Assembly: GCA_002256025.1 (NCBI GenBank)
Contig: NKIB01010176.1
Location: forward strand, 1 to 64,000
Direction: 5' to 3'
Length of the DNA stretch: 64,000 nucleotides
Origin: Asterionella formosa
Taxonomy: Eukaryota
Both the position numbers and the translations under genes were made by a program. Positions 49,769 through 61,864 of the stretch are shown in pieces. Position 1 is the stretch's first letter; every line of letters starts with the position of its first letter. A model generated the notes under the pieces. It was not told the DNA's origin, made no database searches, and saw only the letters and a program-made list of their open reading frames with translations.

Positions 49769-50585
49769 CCTCAACTGAATAATGCTTTTGGATGGATTTT
49801 GGTAATTTTGGTCCATCTCCATGAATGTCTTGTCAATTCTTGTGGTTCTTTTCTCTGTTTGTTGTTCAGTATGTACTGTGTAGGATGGTGGGATGGAAAT
49901 CGTAAGTTTGGATCTAATTTGGATGCTTGGACATCATCAAAAGCATTACTATGCTTTTGGGTAGTAGATATTGGTCATTTAGGACTATCTCCATGAGATT
50001 TTTGTCGATTCTTGTGGTTCTTTCATTTGTTTGTTGTTCAGTATATACTTTGTAGGTACGGTGGGATGAAAGCGGTTTGTTTGGACCTGATTTGGATGCT
50101 TGGACATTGTCAATAGCCTTACTTAATTTAATGATGCTGTTGGGGAAATTTTGATCATTTTTTCCATGAGTTTCTTGTAGGTTCTTGTGGTTCTTTCATC
50201 TCTTTGTTTTTCAGAATGTACTTTGTAGGTATGGTGGAATGGAAACGGTCTGTTTGGACCTGATTTGGATGCGTTGAGATCATCAAAAGCCTTACTCAAT
50301 TCAATGATGCTGTTGGGTGGATTTTGATCATTTAGGTCTATCTCCAAGAGTTTCTTTTCAATTCTCGTGGTTCTTTCATCTGTTTGTTGTTCATTATGTA
50401 CTGTGTAGGTACGGTGGGACAGCAACGATCTGTTTGGACTTGATTTGGATGCATGGACATCGTCAAAAGTCTTACCGGGTACTCAATTTAATGATCCTGT
50501 TGGTTGGATTTTGGTCATTCAAGAGTTTCTTTTCAATTCTTGTGATTCTTTTATCTGCTTGTAGCATACTGTATACTGTGTAACT
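49769..50585. repeat. Tandem array, ~173-180-bp unit, about 4.5 diverged copies
   Basis: Recurring ATTCTTGTGGTTCTTTCATCTGTTTGTTGTTCAG...GTAGGTACGGTGGGA...GTTTGGACCTGATTTGGATGC. Units start near 49769, 49949, 50122, 50295 and 50480. Confidence 0.9.
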
Positions 50586-50762
50586 GTAGTGGTGCTGATA
50601 TGGACTCATTTGATGTTGTAGCTGTAAATATACATCGCCTTCCATGGCTGGTGAGAGAGTGTGCTTATCAGTGCTAGAAGGATTGCTGTGATAGCACTAG
50701 CTTAGTTTCTTCTGTTTACATTTGGGTGCTTTGACAAAATTGTGTGTACAAACAAATAAAGT

Positions 50763-51778
50763 GGGAACGTAGTCATAAAAAACTGAACCCCCAGTTAAAC
50801 CTATAGTGGAAGCTAGTGCTACTAGTAGTTGACAAATACCATACACAACGCTAGCAACAATACCATTGCTGCTAGCTACAATTACCTGGTAGCTACTCCA
50901 GGTAGGAATACCTGGTACAACTACCTTCATCGTCGCATCGTCGCATCATTCGCATACCAGTAGCTGTACAGTATACGACACCACAGGAAAGTCCGCTAAT
51001 CGAGATATTTAGCTAAAATCCGTGTTTTACGGGACCTTCCTGGTTCCTGCACTCAATGATCTGCCGCCAGTATGTAATGCTGGGTACTCCAGTAACAGTA
51101 CCTGGTACCCTCGTACCGGTAGTCGACCATCTCTTTTATCATCTAGCGGTATTTAGACTACCGGTACCGGTATCCGGAGATCTTAAAATGGAGTCTCACG
51201 TGTACGAAGATATACAGAGCACCATTTTACGGGAAAACGTCCTGGACCAAGAAGAATGTTTGGAGGTATATATAATATCCATTTACCGGAAATGAAGTGA
51301 AAACCATGAATGTAGCTAATGAAAAATATTGAAAACAAGTAATGTAGCAAGTATGAAGTCATGCATCCTAGTAAGAAAAATTACCTAAATACATAGCTGT
51401 GGATGACCACCAGTGTGCTGATCATATCAATTGACTGACAATCTAAATCTTTGTCACTGCTCTATCTGGAATATATACTCTTACATTTTGTAAATTTGTA
51501 ATCATGTGGCAGTGAAAAGAACACAACTCAAAGAAGGGCAGTCATCGTATCCCACACCATGCTGGCTGTGCCAAGCAACAAAACTCCAGCTTTCTCACTC
51601 TACCCTGCTCAACCCTTGTAAAATTTTTAGCCACCTCACAAACATAATTTCACCTTTGCATTCATTCCAAAGAACAAATAGATTTTAGTGTAGCGGAAAG
51701 ACTAGTGACAGAATTGCTTCCTCCCTCCTACCTCTTCCACATCCTGCATCATTTCTGTTGGTTAATCAACTTGTTGAT
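50763..51778 (+). repeat. Dispersed ~1-kb repeat, copy A
   Basis: Collinear with 61865-62730: GGGAACGTAGTC..CCCAGTTAAACC..TAGTGGAAGCTAG; GAAATGAAGTGAAAAC; CTATCTGGAATATATAC; CATCCTGCATCATTTCTGTTGGTT. Confidence 0.85.
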
Positions 51779-52224
51779 TCTTGTTTTGATGATTGTCTTT
51801 TTTGTTTCCTGCATGTAGCACATCAAGCCAGTAAAAACTAAACTTAAAATTGCTCAACATCTCCCAAACATTAAATGTTTGTTTTCTCATGACATCAATT
51901 GCCGCCTATCCCTTCTCTTTTCAACATATTTTTCTTCTTTCATGGACAAAACAACCATTTATGGCCTTCTCAGCTATACTAGACTAATTCAACCAAATTA
52001 TGGCCTTCTCCACTATCCTAGACTATTCCAACCAAATAGTAATCACTACGTGGTGATGCTGGCTTAGGTCTAACAGTAATTATACTTCAAGATATGTGTC
52101 AGCAACCAGCATTTGTAGCAAAACTCGGACTCGTGAAAATAATAAAATAAAGAAACGAAAAAAAATCTATTGATGTACATTGTAATGCTTACAATCCGAT
52201 ATTCTTGACATGACAGCTACTGTT

Positions 52225-53529
52225 CTACACTTCACAATTCTTTTGCTCGCAATGGGGGTCAGGCACTTCGGCAGTGGCAGCTAGAAGCATGGCGCCCAAA
52301 AAGGCTGCTCCACCCATCATTCCTGTCTGTCCCACAGTTTCTCCCAAAAAAACCATGCTCATCAGGGCTGCCCATAGGGGTTGACTAGCATACACAATTT
52401 GAGCACGAGCAGGTCCTACGGCTTGCTGTCCTCCCACTTGAAGGTAAGGCGCCACCAAATTCACGGCAATACCACTCCATAATGCCACAAGCCCGACGAA
52501 TGTCAAATCCTGAGTGGAGGCAGAACTAATAAAGTCCATGGCAGATCCTAGCCCACCCAAGGCAACCAAGCAAACAACGGACAGTGCGGTTCGGGTGGCA
52601 ATCTTGGTCTTCATAAGATCCAGGGGCGCCACAAGTTTGCCCCACTTGAAAAGTCGCAAATCGTAGGTGGCATAAAAGACGGCAGCGAGGGCGCAAAGTG
52701 CATCGCCTTGTAATGTTGTCGGACAGCCGGCTGTGGGGTCCTGAGTAAACAAGAAGACGCCTCCCATGGCCATGGCAATGGCAGACCATATTCTTGGCGG
52801 AATAGGTACCCCCATGATGCCCTGTGCCAATGGCACAAGGAGAGTCGTCAGCTGGATCAGAAAGGCTCCATGATCTGCGGATGTTTGGGAAAGACCGTAC
52901 ATATTGGCAGTTGTTCCGAGAAATTTCCAGAGACCAAGTTCGAGACCAGCTCTGACTGGTACGTTGTCGAGGCCGACGAATAACTTCAGAATGTTATCCA
53001 TTGGAGAATCTCTATCCTTTGTTTGCACGATAACCTTTTGTTCGTTCTGGGGTGTTGCAGTGGCAGTTGATTGAGATATCAGAGGCCCTCCTAAGAAAAC
53101 TCCAGCGAGAGCAATGGTACTGGTAGCAGCATTGAGCAGCAGCACTGGCGGTGCTTGAGTCACTTGCACGTAGGCGGCATGAATGGCCGGACTGTTACTG
53201 GCAAATAAAAGGGTAATTCCTGCAACTGTTATGAGACCCTTGCGGTAGATGCTTGCTTGGAGCTCTTTCGCCGCATTGTCGACCTCGGGAACAAGCGTTG
53301 TTGCCAAAGATGACTGGATCTGGCCTTGCTCTGCTCCAAAATCGAGATCCATTCCAGTTGATGACATGTGTAGCCTCGTCAATGATGGAAATATTAATGC
53401 ACGGTGAAATGGCGTTGATGTTTGCAGCGTTCTGGTCGACGAATGCTGCGAAAACGCATCGACTCTCGTTGCTGCCAGCGTCCACACAATCAGACTTGTT
53501 CCTATCGATTTCTTGCTAACTTTCTCCAT
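52225..53529 (-). CDS. EamA/DMT-family transporter, probably plastid-targeted
   Basis: About 10 hydrophobic helices in two repeats (GLELGLWKFLG...GAFLIQLTTLLVP; GQQAVGPARAQIVYASQPLWAA...GE). A signal peptide ending VDA-FSQ is followed by a Ser/Thr-rich transit region. Confidence 0.92.
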   Translation of the reverse strand: MEKVSKKSIGTSLIVWTLAATRVDAFSQHSSTRTLQTSTPFHRALIFPSLTRLHMSSTGMDLDFGAEQGQIQSSLATTLVPEVDNAAKELQASIYRKGLITVAGITLLFASNSPAIHAAYVQVTQAPPVLLLNAATSTIALAGVFLGGPLISQSTATATPQNEQKVIVQTKDRDSPMDNILKLFVGLDNVPVRAGLELGLWKFLGTTANMYGLSQTSADHGAFLIQLTTLLVPLAQGIMGVPIPPRIWSAIAMAMGGVFLFTQDPTAGCPTTLQGDALCALAAVFYATYDLRLFKWGKLVAPLDLMKTKIATRTALSVVCLVALGGLGSAMDFISSASTQDLTFVGLVALWSGIAVNLVAPYLQVGGQQAVGPARAQIVYASQPLWAALMSMVFLGETVGQTGMMGGAAFLGAMLLAATAEVPDPHCEQKNCEV

Positions 53530-53817
53530 ATTTCAGCTTTGTTTGTTTACGGTTGCTTACAAAATAATAATCTTGCTGTGATAGAACGATGTTGCTTTAG
53601 TTCCAGAGTCCGGAATCAATACGCCGCCATATCTTCTTGATTCAAGAATTTGTGACTCCATATTGCAAGAATTTGTCTTTTACTCCGGTACTTTGTAAAC
53701 AGTCCTTCGAGCATAAGGCCTCGACGAATGCACAAAGTCGATCAGGCTTGCTTGCAAATCAGGAATTATTCGACTCCGTCAACGTACCTTTAACGGTGGA
53801 CAACTCTTGACATCAGG

Positions 53818-53842
53818 CTGACGTGGATAAAAACTGACGTGG
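53818..53842. promoter_or_regulatory. Tandem TGACGT (bZIP/CRE-type) motifs
   Basis: CTGACGTGG at 53818-53826 and 53834-53842, about 300 bp upstream of the EamA ATG. Confidence 0.4.
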
Positions 53843-56156
53843 TGAGGTGCAATCACTCGTGCATTGCAGTAAAGGCAGAACTGTTCGCTTGTTCTGGAAC
53901 TAAATACCGATACATACCTGCAAGTTGCGGTAATTTTGCTGAACTAATGATTTAGCTGTCTTTATCCAATATCAAATTGTTTATTTAAGTAAAATGACCG
54001 CATCTGGTTGTTCTACCTGCAAGTTGCGGTCATTTTCCCGAAACGGACAACGTGTTAGGTTGTTTTCATCACTTCGCCCGAAAAAGGAGGAATATTTAGT
54101 TTGGCGAGAATTAAGCAAAGTAAGCAAATTTTGCTTACTTTTGCTTACACATGGAGCACATGTCGTGTGCAGATACATAGGTTTCTTGCTCTGGTATGTC
54201 CCTAGCTACTGAGAACGTGTGGTAGAAGCCTCTTACTTAGAGTATGAAAATTAATTTAGCTCATTGATCTTTTCCTATAGGAAAATATTATTTGATATTA
54301 TTAATAGTTGAAATATCGAGACCCCCCCCCTTGCGTAACTCGACTAGCATCATCGCTGTTTACGAAAAAGTAACTGCAACCGATCTATCAACTCCACCAT
54401 GTAATTTGCAACAAAGAATGATAGACTATAACAGCCAAAATAGAAAGAGTTTTAATAACTACAAGTGCTATTCAATTAGAGGCAGATGTACTACTACTTA
54501 TTGTAATGCTTCTAGTAGATTCATAGAGCATCTAAGCACTGCTCTTTGTTCCCAAGAGTTTATGCGGTTGTTTGTTAGCTACTTGATCAGCCGATTGTTG
54601 AATCTGATGCCATTCTTCGTTGTCCCCTTGGATCATCCAAGTGAACGTTCAATCAAAACTTTAATATGATTACACTTCTGCAATGAAGGAGATCCTGGAG
54701 ACCCCAAATCTTTCTGTGCTTGTTACTTACCACCTGGCGTGCCAGAGTATCACCAGTTGCCCACTGTTACCAATGATGTCTCCAAAACTTTTGCCCATCC
54801 ACATCTCGAAGGTTGCATGTCAACAGTACTCTCCCTGCTGAATCTCAAACGCTGCTGTCTTTCATAGATTCAAGGAGAAGGAGCTTTTGTGGCTGTTGCT
54901 GGCAACAAGAACAATCAGCAATCAACCGATTCAAGTTCACCCAAAACATTCCAAGTTGACAAGGACTTGATCACATAGATCCCACTTTCATCTATGCAAG
55001 CATGGTCAGCTGACTGGATATTTCTCTATCCCTAGAATTCAACACTTATCTTCAATGGAGTATTGCACCAATGTTGGAACCATACTAGTATGCTGCACCA
55101 GTGCAAACATCACCAGAGGGCGATGTATAATGATGCCATGGTGTGTTCGGCTACTGGTACTATGAGTTTTAACTGTGTTTGCCTAAAGTTATTTAGGAGA
55201 AAAGTATAGATTAGTGCCATGTTTTCACGAAAATTCACATTGCATTATAGAGTAGCCCAAATTTCGATTCATGATGTATATAAATTATAAAAGCTTGTTT
55301 TGATGAAAATGTAACTTCTTCAAAAGTATAGAATTTCTGGCAAGCAGTTCAAGGGATACATCCTGTGGTTACAGTTCTTACATATAATCAAGGTACCTGA
55401 TGAACAAAACCCCCACCTCATCTTCATAGAATTGGAGAGCATTAAGGGGATTAGCATACAAATTTCAAGTCTTAAGGCTGAAATGTGATGCAATGGCCTC
55501 AGCAGCTGAATGCTAGCTGAACATGACAAGAAGAGCTCCATGTGTATCAGTCATTGTCATTTGCTTTTTTAGTCATTTGCCCATGCTTTGAGATTTTCGC
55601 ATTTGGAACAATAAAATTAGCATTACACCTATGTCACTAAGTTTTGATAAAGATGATTTCAAACAGTGAATTGATGGCATTCTCATCATTGTCTGATGAA
55701 TATATCCGTCTGTTTGGTGTCATGTTGTCCATTGCAGCAAAATGACTGCAACTTGCTGATACTCCCTGTAGTCTACCAGTATACTGGTACTGATTGGCAG
55801 CACGAAAACCAGACCTCCGAATTCTTTCTCAGACAGACACATGCAGTGCGTTATTTTATGAAGCCACGACCACGTCGCTGATGATGGCTTCCGATATTTA
55901 ATTCTGAAGAATATCATATTTATACAGAACAAAATGTCAACTTCGAGGCACCTAGCATCATACACCTGAACATATTCTACCTGTACCACATCAGGCAAAA
56001 GAAGACGGATCATCAATCGTACATATGTATAAATGCATCGCTCCACTGTGCACATATGATGCGACTGTCATTGCTTGCTCTTTTTAGGATACTATCTATA
56101 TGATTAGTTGAAGCCCCTCAGAGAAGTCAAGTCTTCTGTATTCTTTCTAGATCGAC

Positions 56157-57503
56157 ATGCACCTCGCCACCCTTGTGGTCCTCTCCTGTTGCGCCGCACA
56201 AGCTAGGTCGTTCGTAATCTCAAGCCAATCATGGAGAATCCATTCAAATGCCCCTCCCCAACATTTGCATGTCTCTGAGTCGGATTCAGATGACGAGCCC
56301 AGCATAGACGAAGAGAAACGGATGGAACTAGTTCGATCGCTGCAATCCGCGTTTTATCAAAACCCCGGCGCCCAACAGCGAACCACGCTGAATGATACCA
56401 CAGGGATTTTGCAGGATCTGCCCCTGTGGAGGGTCCAATGGACCGAACTGCCTGGACGATCCAACGTCCTGAACGTACACGAAGGAACCTACACCAACAT
56501 GTTCGAAACAATCTTGAACGGTCCCAAGCCGTGGTACTTTGGCCACTTGTTTCTACCCGAAGGATCCAAAAATATAAAGTCTAACGAGTATTGCTATCAA
56601 CTCAAGACATGGCAAGACGAGCTCAAGGACACTACTCGAGCTACACAACCCAATAGATCTGCTGCCGTCGGATCATTGATGCGAGTCACGGACGTTCGGC
56701 GCCTCACAGATGGACGCTTGATCCTGTTGGTTCAAGCGTTGGAACGATTTGTGGTGCAGGAAGTTGTACAGACCTTGCCATACGGAGTGGCTCATGTGCA
56801 GATTATGCCAGATTTGGACGAACTCAAGAAGGGGGCCACAGAGGAAGAAGCCAAGGGACAACGAGCGAGAGCTGTCGTGGAATCAATGCAGTATCATGAC
56901 TATGAGTACGAAGATACGAAATTACCGTTGGCACAATCAGAATATCTCGATGTCTCGGATGTCTTTGGAACTGCCGTACGCTCAGTGATACCATTTGTTC
57001 CTATTTCGAACGATGATTCGAGTTTGTCTAGAGTGCGAAAAGCGCGTGAGCTACAGTCGCCCACATTTGGGATTGAAATTAGTATGGAATCTCGTTTGCT
57101 CGATGGAAACGTGCTATGTAATCCGCCCACACACCCCGACATGGACGATCGTCATGCAAATGCATCATTGGATGATTTGGAAATACTCCTGTGGATTGCA
57201 CTTGAGGACTTTTGCAGGTCCACGTGCCGGCCCGGGTATATTCCAGCCGAACAACTCTTGCATTTGAGGCCACCGGGACTTGCATCGGCTTTTCCAGAGA
57301 CACGACGTCCTTCACCTCATTACCCCGTCCAACGCCGACAGCGGCGATTGAGTTTTGCGGCGGCCGCCATGTTGGAAGGTACCAAGATTGGGGCGGAGTT
57401 GCGACAGGTGTGGTTAGAAACTCCAACGACCAAGGCACGATTGAATGCTGTCTTGGGACGATTTGAAGTTGCAAATAGAATGATGATGGGCGAATTTCAG
57501 TAA
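56157..57503 (+). CDS. Lon N-terminal (substrate-binding, PUA-like) domain protein, probably plastid-targeted
   Basis: LPLWRVQWTELPGRSNVLNVHEGTYTNMFETIL...VGSLMRVTDVRRLTDGRLILLVQALERF...PY and C-terminal RQVWLETPTTKARL match the Lon-N pattern. Signal peptide ends ARS-FV. There is no ATPase or protease domain. Confidence 0.85.
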   Translation: MHLATLVVLSCCAAQARSFVISSQSWRIHSNAPPQHLHVSESDSDDEPSIDEEKRMELVRSLQSAFYQNPGAQQRTTLNDTTGILQDLPLWRVQWTELPGRSNVLNVHEGTYTNMFETILNGPKPWYFGHLFLPEGSKNIKSNEYCYQLKTWQDELKDTTRATQPNRSAAVGSLMRVTDVRRLTDGRLILLVQALERFVVQEVVQTLPYGVAHVQIMPDLDELKKGATEEEAKGQRARAVVESMQYHDYEYEDTKLPLAQSEYLDVSDVFGTAVRSVIPFVPISNDDSSLSRVRKARELQSPTFGIEISMESRLLDGNVLCNPPTHPDMDDRHANASLDDLEILLWIALEDFCRSTCRPGYIPAEQLLHLRPPGLASAFPETRRPSPHYPVQRRQRRLSFAAAAMLEGTKIGAELRQVWLETPTTKARLNAVLGRFEVANRMMMGEFQ

Positions 57504-57680
57504 GTATACTACCAGTACTGATTTTCTTCCCCTTTCCCTATACAGAATAATGCCGCAAAATGAACATAGATGATGTAATAACAAGCAAATAATATCATTC
57601 ATCAAGGATACATCAGATTTTGGTACATGGTTTGCTACAGAAGAAGAATAGTTCTCTCTCCCCCCTTAAAGATCAGGCCC

Positions 57681-59033
57681 TTAGACAATTTCTGAATCCG
57701 CCAGCGATTGCAGCTCATCATCATCGTCATCAAAAGGGTTCTTTTTGAATGCATGCGAAGAGTCCTTGCTGGCCCCGAAACTGACGTCATCATAGTCAAA
57801 AAGGTTGCTTTGATTTCCTTTTGTAGTAGTCTCCTTAGCACCGACACTATCGCGGTAGTTAGCAACGGGAGCACGCTTGAACGAACTACTGGTAGCGGGA
57901 ATGTCTCCATCATCATCTTCGTCGCCACCCTCATCATGAAATTCCATGTCTTCATCAAGGCTACTAGGTTTGTTTTGCGTAGCAGGCGGACGATGACCCG
58001 ACGTTTCCATGTCACCTTCTGGCACAGAACTTAGTCGCGACATGTGCCTGGCAGGGAATGCGTCGTTGAGAGCATCGTCATCGTCATCGTCGTCACCAAA
58101 CATTTCTTTGTAGCGCTTTTCTGCTTCGAATTGCCTTTCTTGATGAATTTTCTTGGATGGGTCGTTTTCGTCCAGCCCATCACTTCCACTGGGACCAATC
58201 ATCAGTTTGGGCACACGGTCCTTGTTGGAAAGGGGAGTTTTCAAGCACGCGATTGCGGCGAAAATGGAAAATATCCCGGCCGAAATGGCTAATTTACTTC
58301 CAGTCCCTACTCCACAAGATGCAGTCGAAATGGCTGCCAAATCTACAACAGAACCCGTCGCATAACTGAAAAATCCTGGCGCACAAGCGCTACTTCCCAA
58401 AATTGCTAGTGTCGAAAACTCGAAAATTCCGTTAAGAAAAAGGGCATATCCCAACAGCCGATAGTTTCTTGGGGAGATTGGGAAGCACGTTCCAAGAAAG
58501 ACGCATACCATACAAAACCCTCCCAGCGCCGCTGTCACAGTAACTAACGCATTCGATGCTTTAAATGCAGTATCAAATGTGGGTTTGGCTCCAGCTATCT
58601 CGTAACTATAACAATTTCCGTCAAAGCCCCATCCCCAAAAGCCAATTCCGTGATTATTTAGTAGCAAAGATGTTCCAGCGTCGGGCGTGTGATGATTGAC
58701 TGTAACAATCCGAGAGGCAAAATTGCAAGGCAGTCCACTCCCCATACTAGTTATCCAAGCCATGAATGACCAAATGGGCGGCAGTAAGGACCAAACTCCA
58801 TTGGGTGATTTGTCCAACTTTCGCACACCTCGCTGCCTAATATAAGTAGATGCAAATAAATGTATAGTCCATTAGTTATTTCTTCATGAGCTTGCCCTTT
58901 GAACAGCATGGATCGAACTTGAGAGACAACAAATCGCACTGCATTCCAACTTTTCAACGTACAAGGAGTCATTTCTTCGAATTCGAAGGCATAATCTGCC
59001 ACCGCAGATATTAGCACAAGGATTGCAGGGCAT
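57681..59033 (-). CDS. Multi-pass (about 4 TM) membrane protein with acidic C-terminal tail; 2 exons
   Basis: Open frame 57681-58836 has four hydrophobic segments and a GIGFWGW...C loop. A putative exon 1 at 58963-59033 (MPCNPCANICGGRLCLRIRRNDSL) joins in phase through intron 58837-58962 (GTACGT...ATTAG). Confidence 0.78.
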
Positions 59034-59493
59034 GGAAAGATTCAATAAGACACAATACCGCTTGCTTTCTGGCGCAATGGATGATTCCTTTCTTCGCAAT
59101 GTCACTTGTTGTAAACTGACGAACAGCAGCCCCAGTGTTGAAGAAATTTTTTTAGGAGACACCCGGTTGTGAATTGTCTACCGGTAGTTAACTTTAAGCC
59201 CCTACCGGGAGGAGTCTGCCTACTCGTAATCTTGCGCACCGGGTGCTCGATTTGGGAGGCGCGAGTAAGTTGACCGAACGAGTGGCGCCCAGGCAGGCTC
59301 CACCCTCGGTCGTGTCTCATACGGTAGCTTCAGTAATTTCAAATGCTCATCAGGTACCGGTAATACTGTCGAAACTACCGTATCCACACTTCCTTGTGCT
59401 GCATTCTTTTTGTTTCTATTCATAAATCTCAAAATAGACGGCAGCCATACCGTCATTACAGTTAGTTCCTGCAACAAAAACCAACAACAAATC

Positions 59494-60330
59494 ATGGGAG
59501 GAGACGGAGGAGTCATTGCGTCCAATCGCAAGTATTTAAGAGGAGCTGGAACAGCCGATCACACCGGTGACAGCCAAAGGAATGCTGACAAAACATGCTC
59601 GGACAAGGAGGTTTCCCAAGAATTGATGAGTCTCTGTTATTTGACCAAAGCCCCTCTCATCCTCAATCAAGCCGCCATTGTAGCTGACCCGTATGGTCGA
59701 CTCTATCACAAGGAAGCTGCTGTGGAAGCACTGCTAAGAAGGAAACATAACAGCAATAAGGATGAATTCGGACCCCATGTGCGAGGTTTCAGAGACCTCA
59801 TGGATGTTCGCTTTCACGTTTCGAATGGTACTGCAATGCCCAGTTGTCCTGTGACAGGAGAAGAACTGAATGGTCACCATCCTGCCTTATTGATTAGAAA
59901 TAACCACACGACTGGGGCCAACGTCATTTCGGAACGAGCCATTAAAGAGATGGGTGCTGTGGACTTGCAATCTGAATTTGGACCCTTTGATGTAGTCACG
60001 GATCTCGTGCGTTTGGCGCCGCCACCGGCCATGATGGACGAGATTGTGGAGGCAATTCGTGTTCAACATGAACAAGAACGAACGCAAGAAAAGTCCTCGA
60101 AGAAGAGCAAGAAACGGAAACCGAATGACCATGGCGACCAGCACGAACAGAGCAAACGAAGAAGTAGAATTAACAAAACCAACGGAGAGTCGAGGCAAAT
60201 CAAAGCTGCAAGGCAACGAGTGCAAACAGCCGTCAATTCAAACAATGTCCTATCAAGTTTATTTACAAACAGTTCAAAAGTGATGTCAGAAAAGGAGAAG
60301 AATAACACTCTCTTTGCGCGGATGGGGTAG
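59494..60330 (+). CDS. RTF2: Replication termination factor 2 (Rtf2) family protein
   Basis: Hallmark start MGGDGGVIA, then CYLTKAPL...VADPYGRLYHKEAAVEALL, HVRGFRDL, CPVTGEELNG, VISERAIKE and a basic tail ending VLSSLF. Confidence 0.88.
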   Translation: MGGDGGVIASNRKYLRGAGTADHTGDSQRNADKTCSDKEVSQELMSLCYLTKAPLILNQAAIVADPYGRLYHKEAAVEALLRRKHNSNKDEFGPHVRGFRDLMDVRFHVSNGTAMPSCPVTGEELNGHHPALLIRNNHTTGANVISERAIKEMGAVDLQSEFGPFDVVTDLVRLAPPPAMMDEIVEAIRVQHEQERTQEKSSKKSKKRKPNDHGDQHEQSKRRSRINKTNGESRQIKAARQRVQTAVNSNNVLSSLFTNSSKVMSEKEKNNTLFARMG

Positions 60331-60441
60331 AATAATTTTATTGTAGTGCATTTTTATAAATTATGGATTAACGTGAAAAATCAAAAGAAATTTAACTGTG
60401 CCAAAATCAAACGTTAATAATTGCAGCCAAGCCAATTGCCT

Positions 60442-61689
60442 CTATATCCACGAATGAGCGCGGATGCCCTTGACACGCAACTGAAACAGTAAATCGTAAC
60501 TTCTTGAAGAGCCAGTCCCGGGAACATATCGACCCACTCATTGTAGTGTCCTCCACTTCGATGATCCCAAACTATTTCATCAATGTTGTATGAGTCTTTG
60601 TCTGCTAAAATCGCCCTCAAATTGCTTGCTTCCACTTCTGGCGAACCAGTGTCCAACTTGACGAGGACGTAATCGCTTGACACTGTTTTGGCCCTAATCG
60701 AAGCCGGTACAAATGGCGACGTCCAACTTGCATCCTCACGAGACGACGCAATTTCAACTTGGAGAAACGAAACTTTGCTGCTCCAATCTCTTGGTAACGT
60801 TTTGACAAATTCGTCCTCTGTGATGTGAGGTTCGTACGCATGAATCTCGTCAAAGACGATATCATGACGAGCCAAAGCAGAGTTAAAATAAGCCAGGGAA
60901 GTGCCAGAGCGGTCATCCTATGCTGATGCACCAGCATCAAAGTACAACTTGTGAGATTGTGTCGCCGCGACAGGAGGTGGAAGGGGGGGGGGGAGGATCC
61001 ATCCCTTAAAATTAGCATAAAAGTGTTGATACTGAGGCGTCACTGGGGCAGGGTGAAGGCAATTGTGGAGTGGAAAGCGGAGATGCGAAATGAGAGGTTC
61101 AATATATTCATCAGAGAGATTGTCATTCTCGTCTTCAACGACGAACCAGCTCATCACTTCCCTGTGCTCCGGACCAGGAATGACCGCTTGAGGCCGGGGC
61201 ACTTGAACGGTTTCTGGTACAGGGCGTTCAAAAGTGACTTCGAAGCGTTCTCGGTTTTCAGTATTGTACCACAGTTCATGATCCCCATCGTCAATGACGC
61301 ACCATTTCTCGTAAGGAGCAGCGAGGCGAGGCGAGGCGAGGCGAGGCGAGACGTGCAGAGAATTTTCAAGTAGTTGTGCAGTAGGTGTGCTTGTTCTGTG
61401 ACAAAAGCAGTGCAAATCGACTTGGTATCTTGCCATTGAGGCAGATTTTCACGCCATATTTGTTCCCAGCGAGAGGAGTGATAGGAAATTAGCCTTGCGG
61501 GAAAGTTTTGTTGGACGAGCTTGGAGGTTGAGCGTTTAGTTCCTGCTCAGTTGTCTTGGGGTCTCGAATGTGGGTCAGCATACGGCGAACTTGACTTGAT
61601 TCCTCGTTTTGGTTGAGGTGCACTCCGACAGCAACAAGAAAACCAAGCATCAATGCAGCGAAGACTGGAGTTGAATTAAAGGCAATCAT
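60442..61689 (-). pseudogene. Disrupted gene for a membrane-anchored, SAM-methyltransferase (FkbM)-like protein
   Basis: One protein can be rebuilt across four lesions: N-terminal TM helix; ...EYIEPLISHLRFP; LYFDAGASA*DDRSGTSLAYF; FDEIHAYEP; DYVLVKLD; IDEIVWDH; C-terminus QLRVKGIRAHSWI*. The FkbM-like call comes from motif resemblance only. Confidence 0.75.
61321..61350. repeat. (GCGAG)6 microsatellite inside coding sequence
   Basis: Six perfect pentamer copies. Confidence 0.95.
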
Positions 61690-61864
61690 AGCTGATGAAA
61701 ACTGATGGGCCTAGAGTAAACTAACTTTTCATTTGTTCTGGATGGATTCATCATGACAAAATCAGAGCTAGCCATTATTGATCTCTTGATAATACAAATG
61801 GCCAGTCTGACAGTATAAAATATGCACTCCTATCTACCGTCCATATAAACTATTATTATATACC

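Noticed and set aside
49769..50585. CRISPR-like periodic array
   Set aside because: The whole ~175-bp unit repeats, with no unique spacers and no cas genes, in a eukaryotic context.
56203..58369. Many antisense or alternate-frame ORFs overlapping real genes
   Set aside because: These are expected shadow ORFs in GC-richer coding DNA, many starting at TTG/GTG, with no motifs.
34141..60330. Prokaryote-style defence or RNA-repair operon (NYN RNase, NFACT-R, kinase, DnaJ, Lon-N)
   Set aside because: The genes are on mixed strands, several have introns or plastid presequences, and TE debris separates them. Nothing in the sequence links them functionally.
60918..60920. Programmed stop read-through or recoding at the TAG
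   Set aside because: The same gene has three additional frameshifts, and all intact genes here use standard stops.
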